A stretch of DNA of 63,567 bases, filler included, from Craspedostauros australis (GCA_030167865.1; 18 parts of 18 records of this genome joined end to end with filler, not necessarily neighbours in it); one strand, 5' to 3'; shown: positions 9,869-22,714, numbered from the whole stretch's first letter. Numbers and translations are program-made. Notes: generated by a model not told the origin, from the sequence alone.

Positions 9869-12019
9869 ATGAAGCTCCTCTTTTTCTCCGCCATCGCATC
9901 CTTGATGTCGCCGGCACCGACCATGGCGACGTTTGATGTTCTCCCATCCACCGTCACGTCTGATGGACCCACAGTCTGTCCCAACGACTTCCAGAAGATC
10001 CATCAAGTTGGCAACGCGCAGGCGACAGCCCCTCCCATCGAGGTCCTCGAGCAGAACGGAGGCACCGTGAAGTTCAAGGTCAGTCAGATCTGGACTCCGC
10101 AGGAAGCCGAGAAGATCATCGTGCAATACGCGAAAGGCTCGATGGGTGAATCGAAGTGCGAAACATATGAAGGTGTCGGGGATGGAGACGATCTTACCTT
10201 CACCGCCACCTGTGCAATGCTCAATCCCATCACAGTGGTTGATATCTTCGTGGTGGATCAGAGCGTGGAAGGAGATGCCAAGATTCCAGAGTGCTGCCAC
10301 ACTTCGACTTCGCTCGACACCGTGAAGTACACGTACGGCATCATGTGCAGCCCGACCTGCCCAGGGCCCGAGGGCGAACCAGATCCAGAGTGTCCCGAGG
10401 TCATCTTGGACTTCAACGACCTCCCGGAGTATTCCTATGTCTACGATGACTACTGGAACAAGTACGGTGTGAAGATCATCGGCGAATCCAAGTCCAGCGA
10501 CCCTAACCTCGGGTTCACCCCGTTGCCCAAGAAGCAATTCCCCATCGGCTCTGCCTGGGAAGATCGATACGGCTTCGAGGAGCACAATCCCAACAAGTAC
10601 ACCGACGATGTATGGGATGAGTCGCTCCACAGCCAAGCAGGAGGCGCAGTTCGCGTCTTCAACACCAACAAGCCAAACGCGGCCGGTGGCAACACCAAGT
10701 GCAATCCGGAGGACGACGATGATGGTGATTTTGACCTTGGCTCTCCCAACAACCAATGCCCATCGTCAACGCCTGGAAAGAAGTCATCGGGACCTGGACG
10801 TGGAAAAGGAGGCGAGTCTGGCGCCGGGAGAAACTGCCCATCCGAACTACTCGGCAATGTCCTCGTCATCCAGGAGGGAACCAAGTCATGCCCCGATGAC
10901 ACTGGAGCGGGTGGATGGATCACGTTTGACTTCAACGAGGCCATCGCTGGAGATGTGCAGTTCACTTATGCCAAGCTACTTGATACCGATGAGAAGGATA
11001 CACCTGAGATCAGGGTCTGGAAGGATGACGAAGATGTGACGAAGAACCCCAAAACCCGCGTCTACACGACGCCCGAGACAGGAAACAACGGGCTGTGGTA
11101 CAAGTCCTTCGAGCAGGATGGAACCTGGAACAACAGATACACAAACCTGCAACGAATCCAATTTGAGTACTTCGGATCTGGATCCATCGCTGAGATCCGA
11201 TTCAAGCCTTCGAAGTGCCCGCCCAAGCCAAGCGGCGGAAGTAGCAGTAGCAACAGTGGAAGCGGAAGCAGCAGCAGCAACGGCAGTGGAAGCAGCAGCG
11301 ATGATGGCAACGGTAGCGGGAGCAACAGCAACGGAAGCAACAGCAACGGAAGCAACAGCAACGGAAGCAACAGCAACGGAAGCAACAGCAACGGAAGCAA
11401 CAGCAACGGCAGTGGAAGCAACAGTAATGGCAGTGGAAGCAACAGCAATAGCAACAGCAACGGAAGCAACAGCAACGGCAGTGGAAGCAACAGCAACAGC
11501 GGCGGCAGCGGAAGCAGCAGCGATGATGGCAACGGTAGCGGAAGCAACAGCAACGGAAGCAACAGTAACGGCAGTGGAAGCAACAGCAACGGAAGCAACA
11601 GCAACGGCAGTGGAAGCAACAGCAACAGCGGCGGCAACGGAAGCAGCAGCGATGATGGCAACGGAAGCGGGAGCAACAGCAACGGAAGCAACAGCAACAG
11701 CAATAGCAACAGCAACGGAAGCAACAGCAATAGCGGCGGCAGCGGAAGCAGCAGCGATGATGGCAACGGAAGCGGAAGCGGAAGCAACAGCAACAGCAAC
11801 GGCAGTGGAAGCAACGGCAGTGGAAGCAACAGCAATAGCGGCGGCAGCGGAAGCAGCAGCGATGATGGCAACGGTAGCGGAAGCAACAGCAACGGAAGCA
11901 ACAGCAACGGAAGCAACAGCAACGGAAGCAACAGTAACGGCAGTGGAAGCAACAGCAACAGCAACAGCAACAGCAACGGGAGCAACAGCAACGGCAGTGG
12001 AAGCAACAGCAGCGACTAA
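9869..12019 (+). CDS. Secreted protein: signal peptide + two Cys-containing extracellular domains + Ser/Asn/Gly low-complexity tail
   Basis: 716-aa intronless ORF with hydrophobic N-terminus MKLLFFSAIASLMSPAPTMA. Domain 1: KCETYE..ATC..IPECC..YTYGIMC. Domain 2: ILDFNDL..VRVFNT..DFDLGSPN..GNVLVIQE..PDD..GGWITFDF..LLDTDE..TGNNG. The tail is composed only of S/N/G/D. Confidence 0.88.
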   Translation: MKLLFFSAIASLMSPAPTMATFDVLPSTVTSDGPTVCPNDFQKIHQVGNAQATAPPIEVLEQNGGTVKFKVSQIWTPQEAEKIIVQYAKGSMGESKCETYEGVGDGDDLTFTATCAMLNPITVVDIFVVDQSVEGDAKIPECCHTSTSLDTVKYTYGIMCSPTCPGPEGEPDPECPEVILDFNDLPEYSYVYDDYWNKYGVKIIGESKSSDPNLGFTPLPKKQFPIGSAWEDRYGFEEHNPNKYTDDVWDESLHSQAGGAVRVFNTNKPNAAGGNTKCNPEDDDDGDFDLGSPNNQCPSSTPGKKSSGPGRGKGGESGAGRNCPSELLGNVLVIQEGTKSCPDDTGAGGWITFDFNEAIAGDVQFTYAKLLDTDEKDTPEIRVWKDDEDVTKNPKTRVYTTPETGNNGLWYKSFEQDGTWNNRYTNLQRIQFEYFGSGSIAEIRFKPSKCPPKPSGGSSSSNSGSGSSSSNGSGSSSDDGNGSGSNSNGSNSNGSNSNGSNSNGSNSNGSNSNGSGSNSNGSGSNSNSNSNGSNSNGSGSNSNSGGSGSSSDDGNGSGSNSNGSNSNGSGSNSNGSNSNGSGSNSNSGGNGSSSDDGNGSGSNSNGSNSNSNSNSNGSNSNSGGSGSSSDDGNGSGSGSNSNSNGSGSNGSGSNSNSGGSGSSSDDGNGSGSNSNGSNSNGSNSNGSNSNGSGSNSNSNSNSNGSNSNGSGSNSSD
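11230..12016 (+). repeat. Coding hierarchical repeat: (SNSNG)n blocks punctuated by five SSSDDGNGSG nodes
   Basis: AGCAACAGCAACGGA 15-mers, with AGCGATGATGGCAAC nodes near 11298, 11519, 11648, 11753 and 11858. Confidence 0.92.
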
Positions 12020-13897
12020 GCTGAGTGAAATTCAGCAATCGCACGAATCAAGAAGAACACAAACATTCATCTTACAACATCAATGCATAAAAAGAAACAA
12101 ATAGTTCAACCAGCATGGTTTGTGCTTGTCGATGGCAGTGCGCCGATGCAGCTGAATTTTGCACACAATTCATCCGAGAAGGGAGTGAGTTTGGGATTCT
12201 TGGAGCCTGCGTGGTACCATGGTTCAGCGATAGAATCATGTGCTGGGAAATCAGGAGTGTGTCGTTGTTTCAATTTCGGGGGTGAAGAACAGATCTGCAT
12301 ATTCTAATATTCTGGAGTGTCGTTCAAAGGTGTCGTGCCATTTTTGCAGTTTTTAGCAGATTGCACGGCGTAACCGTGTCTTCGAGGAGATGGCGTTGGA
12401 TTGACAAGGATGGTGCGAGGGCTCTTTGAGAATTCCTCCAACTTCCGAAGAATTCCTGCAAGTATGAGTGCAAGTACGACAACGAAGATGCACTTCGTTG
12501 TGATAGCAAGTGAGCGCAAGGGACAGCCTGTTGCGCGACTTCAGACAGACACACCCAATAGACATACATTCATGGTCCAACACACATACATACACTCCTT
12601 CCGGATGCATTCAGACATGCCAACTACACAAACATTCACGATCAAGACACATCCCTGTGCTTGGGCAAAGGTTTCACGGGAACGCCTCTTTCCCCGCCTT
12701 GCCAAATGCGCAACGACACGCGTTGGTTCCACTGAACAAGGGTGACTTTTTGTTGTCTCTCTTCGTTTTCGCGTCACCGAGATGGGCTCGTGCTGTGTTG
12801 GCACAGGAGAACTATTTTCCCTCTTTGTATTTCTTCGTAAGGCTTCTGATGTACTGGAACATGTTCTGAAGGACACATCCGACGCCATCGGCAGCACTCA
12901 ACCATGCACAGCTTTAAACACTTGTCGCACGAAACTTCGCCGACGTCGCTTTCATTGCTCTTTTCATTCGTGACGATTCACCCAAGGACATTTCTTCGCT
13001 TTCGTCTGACTTCGTGTGAGCTATTCGGCGTTGGATTTTTGTTTAATGGTACCGACTCCTCGTAGTTTTCGCTACGTCGCGCATCGCCTGTTGGTAGTCA
13101 TTCCCGCATCATGGCAGGCGCGACTGCGCAAATAGTCATTTATGACACCGTTGTTCCCGCCGGGCACGTGCCTGAGCCCTTCACCAGTTAAAATGATGAC
13201 CCTGCGAAGCCGCCGAACTGCCTGCCATGTCTTGCTCACGAAATCACTTCGTGCTGGTGCTAAATCCGAACACATGGCAAGGCGAAGACCCGCATGGTCC
13301 GCGATTCCAAGACACGAAATAACGCGAACACACATCTACAGCAATCTTTCATCCAGATAGACGATGACAAGCAACCATGCAGGGTTGGATGTTTCGCTTC
13401 TCTCCTCTTCTCTTGGCACAAGTGCGACCGGAACCAAGAACAATTTCATGTGACGCTGATTATATGGTAGGTGGCCAGCAGTACAAGAGGTCAACATGCA
13501 AAGGCCAACAACTCTCTCTCCCCCTCTCTGCTTGGGTCATTCCAGTTCTTAGACTCGAGTGCCAAGACCAAGTACGTTTGCAGCACTTTCTCATAGACTC
13601 CACTTTGACAGACTCACTTGGGCAAAATGGATTGTTGCGTCGGCGCATAAGTGACTGATTTTGTGTCCTTTGTTATGTTGTCGTGGCCGGGCAAACTGAG
13701 AAAAGACCCAGTGTCCATTCGATCTGCCACCGAGCTCCGCAATACCCAAGCCCCTCCCAAGATCAACCCTTCTTGCCTGACATTGCATACCGGCTTANNN
13801 NNNNNNNNNNNNNNNNNNNNNNNNNNNNNNNNNNNNNNNNNTTAATTAATTAANNNNNNNNNNNNNNNNNNNNNNNNNNNNNNNNNNNNNNNNNNNN

Positions 13898-16800
13898 CAA
13901 TCAGGTGACGTGGTATTCAGAGGATGATGAAGAGTATTTCCTCGCCATTTCTGCTCCTCCTGCTGACCATCCCGATTGGAATCCTGCCGACGGATTATCC
14001 ATATCCAGTACCAGTACCAACAGTAATGCCAATAGTGACGGCAACGGTAGCGCCGAAAATGGCAGCAAGCGCAACGGACTGAGATCGTCGTCATCAGCAT
14101 CAGCATCAGCACCTGCAGCAATCTCTACTTCTGCATCCACAATTGACCCTGAGAATGTCGACTATCAACTGTCGATTCGCCAAACGGCTGACAATGACAT
14201 CTGTCACAAAGCGCAGNNNNNNNNNNNNNNNNNNNNNNNNNNNNNNNNNNNNNNNNNNNNNNNNNNNNNNNNNNNNNNNNNNNNNNNNNNNNNNNNNNNN
14301 NNNNNNNNNNNNNNNNNNNNNNNNNNNNNNNNNNNNNNNACGTGGTATGCAGTGAATGGAACAGGATCGTTGATGAAGGTCTCCACTTGTCTGGATGATA
14401 ACTTCGGCGATGGTGGCAGGGACTCCGGTGATGATGAGATTCAATTCCAATCTGTCAAAGCGCAGGTCTTCAAGGGATCGTGCGACAACCTGAGGTGTCT
14501 CGATGGTGTGGAGACCGTATTCAACCGAGGATGCAAGTCCCCCCACGAAACTGATGCGGAGTTCGACAGCGACTCAAACTTCAACGAAGTTGCGTGGCAA
14601 TCCAACCTCGATGAGACGTACTTCGTCCACATCTCATCCAAGGAAATTCTCAGCAAAGGAGGGACGAATGGCATTGCGCCAAACAACCCGAGTGCAGACA
14701 CAAGCACCAACATCGACACAACGACGGATGCCGGTCCTTCATCAAGCCCCGAATTCGCCTTCTCGATCCAGTCGGCAGTGCGCAATGACTTGTGTGAGGC
14801 GGCTGTTCCTCTGGATGTAGGAGGCAACATCTCCATCCATGCATCAACGATGGAAGCAACCATCCCAACTGAGTTCACATCAAGCTGTGGCCTTGCATCC
14901 GGAGTCGTATCTCCGGGTGTGTGGTACACAGTGGTCGGAGATGACTCATACATCGATGTGGATACATGCAAGTCTATCGATATGACACCACACGAGTATG
15001 ATGACTCGCTCCCGTTTGATCTCCCAGCTCCGCCACCTTTACCAAATGAGACGACCTTCCGGCTGTTCGACAACCAAATTACGATTCTCAGGGGAAATGA
15101 CTGCAATTCGTTGGAATGCGTCACTGGAAATAATAGAGCGATCGATCGCTGCGCATTCCAAAGCAAAACGGGGTGGTTCGCACAACGAAACCGACGGTAC
15201 TTTATTCTCGTCCACAGTGCGCTCGGCGGACAAGGCGAATTCATGTTGTCAACCACCAAATCAGACAGAGGTGCATACGACAAACGGTGCCATGATGCAA
15301 AATCAATCAAAATCGGAGAAGTAACCAACCGCGGCAACGATGATGGCTTGCAGGCATTTGGTTCATATTGTGGTGGATTCGAGACCACAGGCGCAGCAAC
15401 ATGGTTCAAAATTATCGGCAATGGCAAACGGCTCATTGCTTCCACATGCAGCACCTTCACAAGGTATAGATCGAGGATTCTTGTGCTCGAAGGCGACGAC
15501 TGCGGCTCACTGAACTGCAGACTGAACCAGAACTTTGGCTCCTGTCCATTTCAAGGTCTCTACGGCAACACCTTCAAACAAGGGTATGTTGAATTTGATT
15601 CCAAAGCTGACGTGACGTACCATTTGATTGTGCATGGTGCCGCAGGCGAAGAAGACTCCTTTACATTAATGGTCGATGAAGCTGTGCCGAATAATCAGTG
15701 CGACGGAGCGATGGGATTGGAATTGGGCGACGAACCAATCCAGATTTCCAGCAACGTTCTCAAGACAAGTGTGACAGAAGGATGTTCCGGAGCCTCCTAC
15801 CGTCAGAGACTCCCCACCATTGATGCACTTTGGTATGAAGTAATGAACCAAGCGGAACGAACCCAGTTGACGATCAGCATCTGTCACTTGGGGCCATTCC
15901 GTGATTTGGAACTGCGTGCTTACGCCGGAAGCTGCGGAGATCTACACTGCGCCGCGAGTGAATATTTCCCCCAACAACATCATGGTGCATGTGGCGACGA
16001 CACACTCCCAAGCCCCACATTGACTTGGATAAGTGAGCCCCATCAGGCATATCGTATCGCAGTCATGGCGCTTCGTGAATTGGGTGGCGGCCTCCCGACG
16101 ACCGCCCCAACGTTCAACATCTCCGTATCAAGCCACACCCTCGACAACAACACTGTCTGCGATGAGGCAGAATTCATCGGAGTTGGCGAATCCATCAATG
16201 GATCATTCAAGAGGGCCGCACTGGATGAAGACGTCATGGATTGCTACGTTCAGGAGGACTTTTCATTCCAAAGGAGAAACGTAGATCTGGTGGGCTCATG
16301 GTATTACACCATTGGCACCGGTCGGCAGATGATCGCATCCTCATGCCTCGATCAAATACATACAAGACCGACAATCGTGATTGTGACGGGAGGAAAGTGC
16401 GGCAATCTCACTTGCATTGATTCCAGCACTCACTTTTGCGGAGTCAACGGGCAGGTGTCATGGGAGAGCGAGACTGGCACGATGTATCGTGTGTGGATCG
16501 GGACAGAAGGATTCTTCACGAGCAACTATTCGCTGCATGTTGCAGATAGCTCATCAACGTCATCAATGTCATCAACTCCACCGCCGCTACCACCGTTGGC
16601 AGTGCCATCAGCAACATCAACATCGAATCCATGGAAGGCTTGGATTGATGTTGACTTCCCTGCATACGATGAGTGCGAACACGCGGTGACACTGGAGGTG
16701 TCGACCGATACGAGCGACATCACAACCGACGTGCTGCTGTCGATGACGCTGGTGACGAATGATTATCACGTTGATATGTGCGGTTCTGCCTATCCTCAGC

Positions 16801-18622
16801 TGGTTGGTGGAGCTTGGTTCCACGTACATGGAATGGGAAAATTGGTGAAGATGACAGTCAACACAATCAAACCGAGTGATGACTATCAGGCGTTTGGCGA
16901 AGAGTTCACGAGAGACGCAAGATTCGTCGTATATCAAGCACAGCAGGAACCAGCAGGGGCATCATCCGACTGTGAGAGCTTGCGATGCGTGCATGGCAAC
17001 AGCCAGGGTGGAGACTGGAGCCAACACACCTTCGCAACGTGGTTTGCAGAGGATGGTGTCGATTACTACATTCAAGTGTACAATGTATACCCATCTATTG
17101 CTGCACGCTTGACGCTGATCGAACACACCCAAGCAGGTGCCGCATGCGGATACAATGTGGTTGATGGCATGCCCACGAATGTAATCGAAAAGGGCGACAC
17201 AGTCCTTTCAGTGACCAGAAGGGGCAGTCCCCAGAGTGAGGTAGTGCCGACCATTTGCGACGGCCAAGACGGCATCCCACACAACAACGGGGCATGGTTT
17301 TCATTCATCGGTGACGGAAAGCGCGTCCGTGCGTCTACCAGCAATCCTGGTTCGAACGCGAACATGACGATTCAAGTGTACTCGTACGATGGTGACAGCT
17401 GCGATATGTTGGAGTGTGTAGCAGCAACATATCATGAGGACATCATCGGATTCAAATTCAACGGAATAGGTTACACTGTGATGGGCCATCAAGATGTCGA
17501 TTGGACAACCGCGCAAGGTCAACGGTACAGTCTCTTCGTTCAGGCGACTGGCGCCGACGGTGCCGACGGCGATGATGCCATCCAGCATGTATTCGAACTG
17601 AGCATAACAGAATTGAGATCTGTGGACACCTGTGACGGAGCTCGACCTGCTCGGGTCGGAAGACTCATCAAATTTATTTTCGAAAGTGAGCTTGGACCAG
17701 ACACCACAGGCTCTCAATGTGACGATCCTTTGGCGGATTGGTGGAACTTTCCTGGCGCTTGGTACACGGTTGTCGGAGATGGCACGACCCTGGTTGCATC
17801 CACCTGCGCTGAGAGACCATCCCCTCCTGGTCTCTCCACGCAGGTGAGTGTGTACAGCGGTACTTGCGGCGCATTGAGTTGTGTCGGATCGAGCGATGTC
17901 TACTGCGATCGCAATGGTCAGGTGGCCTGGTCAAGTGAAGCTGGAACGACTTACTATGTGCTGATCCGTCACCCAAAGTGGTTCGCACGCCAAACCGATG
18001 GCACATCTCTGCGCTCAGCACCCCGGGCATCAAGCATCTGCTCCGGGATTGTTACAGCCCCGTTGGAGCTGAGAGATGAAATGACGTTTGTCGTACCAGC
18101 ATCAATCCCGACGTTCACGCCAATGCCAGTCGAACCAAGTGTTGGTGATGAGCAGGAAGAGCAGATGGCCAGTGTAGTGCCAAGCTGCGACTTCAAATTC
18201 AAGACATCGTCGAGCAACGTTGCATGGCTGAGCGTGATTGGTAGTGGCGGGTACATGATGGTCACGACGCGCGGCTTCGACACGAGGTTCAACTCCACCG
18301 TGGAAGTCTATTCGGGACGAGACTGCAATCAGCTAAGCTGTGTCGACGGTGCGGTGCAATCAAGAGCCAGGGGGTGGCTGAGCAAAGACGGCGACATGAC
18401 ATTCTATCACGCTGTTGCGAACGGTCCGCCTATGCATCAAGGTTCCATCTCGTGGCAAAGTGCGTTTGGCGAGGAGTATTTCATCCGCATCTCGGGCGTC
18501 GGAACGAACGAAAGCGCTGGAAGTACTGCTACAGGCACTGCTACAGGCACTGCTGAAAAGGATGCTGGCGATTCGGCTATGGACAACACCGCGCTGGCAG
18601 GGTCGCTGGTGTCAGTCAAGGT
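13898..18622 (+). CDS. Giant extracellular Cys-rich tandem-repeat protein (>=9 repeats; both ends truncated)
   Basis: Open frame across the whole contig, with one internal gap. Recurrent unit: NDxCxxA..CG..GxWYxVxGxG..ASTC..IxVxxGxCxxLxC..VxWxSxxGxxYxIxV. Confidence 0.85.
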
Positions 18623-18968
18623 NNNNNNNNNNNNNNNNNNNNNNNNNNNNNNNNNNNNNNNNNNNNTTAATTAATTAANNNNNNNNNNNNNNNNNNNNNN
18701 NNNNNNNNNNNNNNNNNNNNNNAGTGAATACGATCAATCGTGTGATCGTACTACTAGCAACATCGTGAGAAGACGTAATTCACAACACAGGCTATCGCGG
18801 TGTTTTTGTTCATTGACTTTTGCACCTCATCTTCACGCAGTAACACGCACATTTGCCGTGTTGTCTCCGTGTTAATTTCACTTGCAATTTNNNNNNNNNN
18901 NNNNNNNNNNNNNNNNNNNNNNNNNNNNNNNNNNNNNNNNNNNNNNNNNNNNNNNNNNNNNNNNNNNN

Positions 18969-19069
18969 CATACGAATAATACTCAATAACAACACTCATC
19001 CTCACCCCAACAACGATCTGATCACTCTACGTTTCGGTGCGGAATCCCATCCCTGATTTCGTTCTAACA
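18969..19069 (+). mobile_element. LTR-like 3' terminus ending TCTAACA
   Basis: 83 bp identical to the reverse complement of 3220-3302; the left part is lost in a gap. Confidence 0.6.
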
Positions 19070-21661
19070 CATGTGGCAACAGTGAGTCAGCAGGGAACAA
19101 GAACAGCATGCTGTGTTGTGATGGACCTGTGGGTCCGAACAATCCAACAAGAGAATCTGACCATTGCCAGAACAGGCACAACATCAAAGTAGACAAAAAA
19201 GTCACATTGAGTTTTGGAAAATATCAAAGACTTTGTCATCGTTTGGTGGCGTGCGCCCCTTTTCGACATTATTTTTGTGTCGCAATTTGAAAAACGCCGT
19301 TTTCCCTACCCCTTCTTTGCCGTTGCTCGTCTCTGTCGTCTTCTTACGCTGCGCCGTGCACCTTGTCGAATGTTGGGATGTCGGATGTCGTTCCCATGGC
19401 GGCGGAATGATGATGTTGCTGTTCATGGGCTGGAAAGTCAGGGCAGAATCAAACATCCACAACGTACTTCCCAGCTAGAGTGCAGCACAGCCCCAACATA
19501 ACCCAACAGACCTTTCTGTGTTGCCTTGTGAGGTTGTTGTGGCATTCAAGTTCGGTTCACTGCACGACCATGCCACCTTGCACCTCTTTTGTGCATGTTC
19601 GCTTCCTCAACAACTGAGCACAAGATTGTCCCCCACGAATGGCGTGTGAGAAATGTGTGGAAGGAACAGGCCTGGCAAGGTGCAGATAACACGACGTTGG
19701 TCTCGATTCTGTCCCCAACATTGCAAAGATCGGCAACAGAAACAGGAACAACATCGACGATGACGACTGAATGCACCATGCGATACTCTGGAGCGGAGTA
19801 CCACACTCTGTGCAAAACTTCAAGGACATTGTGTCTTGTGGCCGCAGTGGACGTGGAATTTTCGGAAACTTGGCACACACTTTGAACTTGCAATCGGCAT
19901 CGTCGTCGTCAACAACAGAAGAAGAAAGACAAGGCGGAGGGACGCGGGAGAAGCAAGGAGGAGATGGGTGTGCCAATGAGGGCAAAAGGAGAGGGCGACG
20001 GACAACACTCTTCGACGTTCGACCTAGGTGGACGAGAAGGAGGTGACAATGGCAGTACCTCACAGGTACACCTCGCGTCATTCCCATGGCGTTCTGATTG
20101 TCAAGTTGAGGTCAGTGCGCGAGGCTCGTGCAGTATGGCTTCAAGAAAATTTTCACATTTCGCGCTACACCAATCTTTCGTACAACTGCAAATGACCCAT
20201 AAAGCCTCCAATGTTGACCCACTTCAATCCTGATGGCAAAGCAATGGAGAGCTCCAAGACAAAGGAGCAGGGGATTTCTTCATCAACCCAAACCAGCCGA
20301 CCGCTGATGTCATACCGATCATTACTCGAAGATGGCACGGGACATGAGGAAACAAATCTGCGCGGCTGTTCAAGGTTCGAAGTTCATGATGTCCACATGA
20401 TTGCTTGGCCGACGTGGCATCATGCCGATAGCGACATTGTTCTGCTTCTGCCCCTCGCGGCACGAGGAACAACTCTGGCCGGCCACAACTGACACTCCTC
20501 TCCCCCTGGAGTCGAGGCATTGCGAATTTGTCCCTTTCTGTCTTGCGGAACCTCGATCAATCCCTTCGGACATCGTGCTCCTGCGCTAACACCTATGCTG
20601 AGAACCGAATTGCGTCTTGAAGCTGGGACATCAATGACCATCATCGCAGCTGCGAATGCAATTGGAAATGTGACTGTGACGCGGAAAGCCAACAACCCTG
20701 CTTTCGATCCTGCACTTGCATCAGGAGATGCAGCCTGTGTATTCGTAGGAAAGGAATGCTCGGGCTGGATACGGATGGAGGGGCGAAGCATCAATGCTCT
20801 ACCATACTCATTGAAGTTCATGGATCAAAGCACCGGCCGCGGACTGCGCTGCGAAATGCCGTGCTGTGGTCGAGTGCACGCCATGATGCAAGCAGGGTAC
20901 GGCCAGCAAATCCCAAAGGGATGCAATTGCAACCAACCCAGCCCGAGTTGACGGATCGATACAGCTGTTTGATGCCCATCTTTTCATAATTGTTCGTCTT
21001 CTTCCTTGGGCTGTCCGAAATACCAATGGAGTTCTCTGCCATACGTTGACCGCATGCGTACCAAAGATGCTGTTACGACCCATCATACAATACACCACTT
21101 TACATGGAGCACAGAGCAGATCGCTCTACTCTCCTTGCGATATACTACCATAGTCTCTGTTCTTCAGAATCAATCTATGTTCATACAATAGACTTTGATG
21201 CGAATTCGAAGAAAGCGCTTTGATAGTCCCTTTTTAGTCCCAAGTTCTGGAAACGAGATGACACCCTCCGAATCAACAACATCCCAACAAGTCACCAACC
21301 ACGATGACACCACCACCACCAACAACAGCCACCTCAAATGACCACAACCACCAACGACATCACTTGGAGGTGAAGCAGTCACAACTGCCGAACCATCGTC
21401 AATCATTGTCAACCACAACATTGGCACAACTGAAGAGGCCATCGCCTTGGTTGCAGACATTGTCGGAAGACTCCAAGAAAGACACACTCTCTGGCATCAA
21501 TACAAGCAAACAGTAGCAGTAAGACCAACCATCGACAGCTAATTCGAAGCTCAAATCAAGAATAAGCCGAAGCATCAGCATCAGGACTGACAGGAGAAGC
21601 CAACTCTGTGGAGAAAGGCAAGAACAGGTCCAGCAACAATCAACCAATCAATTAGTCAATC

Positions 21662-22714
21662 ATGGACGACGAATACGAAGACGACCAGGAGGGGTTCCAC
21701 ATTGACTCGAGCGTGAAGCGCATGAGCGAGCAGACGATGGAGCTGCTGGACAGTCTCATGGACGAGGTCAACGAGTTGGTGGATGAGAGTCCGGAGAAGA
21801 GCAAAAGCAAGGACAAGAGCAAAAGGAGCAGCAGCAGCAAAAGCAAGAACAAGGGAAGACACAGCGATGACGAAGATGACGACGACGAAGACGAAGATAT
21901 TCAGCATTACATTGGCCATGATAACGGTGCTGCTCATGATCATGATGATCGCAACGGTTCCAGCGAACGAACGATCCAACGCAAGAAGGCCAAGGCACCC
22001 AAGAAGAAGCTCAGCTTGGGCCAGCAGCTGCAGCGATTGGATGAGCATGAAGTGCACGAACCTCACGACAGTCCGACCAATGCCACACTAGCAGGTGGAG
22101 ACAAGGACAAGAGGGGCGTGTTCAGCCCTGCCAATTCGACCCACACTCTGAAAACGGACAATCGAAATATCGACAACGAAGATGACAGCGCAACCGCGGC
22201 TGCTGTTGCCGGTGGCGAGATCCAGGTCAATCGCAAACTCCGCAGTTTCGGTGATGACGATGACGATGACGACGATGACACCGCGGACGACGACACGGCG
22301 ACAAGCAGCCTCCACACCAGCGGTCTCGACACGTGCGGCGACAGCTACACCGATTACGACTACGACGACATGTCGGAGGATGGGTCGATCGGCAAGGAGA
22401 TGAAACGGTTGCGCCAGGTCCAAAATGAGCTGCAGAAGGACCTCAATTCGCAGGACATGCAAACGCTGATCCACACCATCGAGCGGATAGGGCAGGAACC
22501 CACGAGCCCGCAATTCCAAAAGATCCTCACGACGGACGACAAGGACATCATCCGCCGCATTCTCAACGAGGAGATGGAGAAGGAGAAGAACAGCATGCCG
22601 CTCGCGTCCAAGCACGCGCAGTCGTTGAGCATGCCGCTGCTGGCCAGCGTCGTCATCGTTTGGGGCGTCGTGGCATATATCATCGTTCGGGAGTTGAATC
22701 AGGAGGAGCTGTAA
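21662..22714 (+). CDS. Hypothetical acidic/low-complexity protein with coiled-coil and C-terminal transmembrane helix (tail-anchored-like)
   Basis: 350-aa ORF with coding-like codon usage, poly-D tracts, KEMKRLRQVQNELQKDL, and terminal LLASVVIVWGVVAYIIV. Confidence 0.7.
   Translation: MDDEYEDDQEGFHIDSSVKRMSEQTMELLDSLMDEVNELVDESPEKSKSKDKSKRSSSSKSKNKGRHSDDEDDDDEDEDIQHYIGHDNGAAHDHDDRNGSSERTIQRKKAKAPKKKLSLGQQLQRLDEHEVHEPHDSPTNATLAGGDKDKRGVFSPANSTHTLKTDNRNIDNEDDSATAAAVAGGEIQVNRKLRSFGDDDDDDDDDTADDDTATSSLHTSGLDTCGDSYTDYDYDDMSEDGSIGKEMKRLRQVQNELQKDLNSQDMQTLIHTIERIGQEPTSPQFQKILTTDDKDIIRRILNEEMEKEKNSMPLASKHAQSLSMPLLASVVIVWGVVAYIIVRELNQEEL

Noticed and set aside
11062..12104. Poly-Leu/Pro, poly-Cys and (ATATE)n ORFs overlapping the SNG tail
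   Set aside because: Alternative-frame and antisense shadows of a 15-bp coding repeat; only the SNG frame is continuous with the signal-peptide ORF.
19100..21600. Short ORFs, including a CTECG zinc-ribbon-like word at ~19800
   Set aside because: No second Cys pair, coding bias or splice model that I can support.
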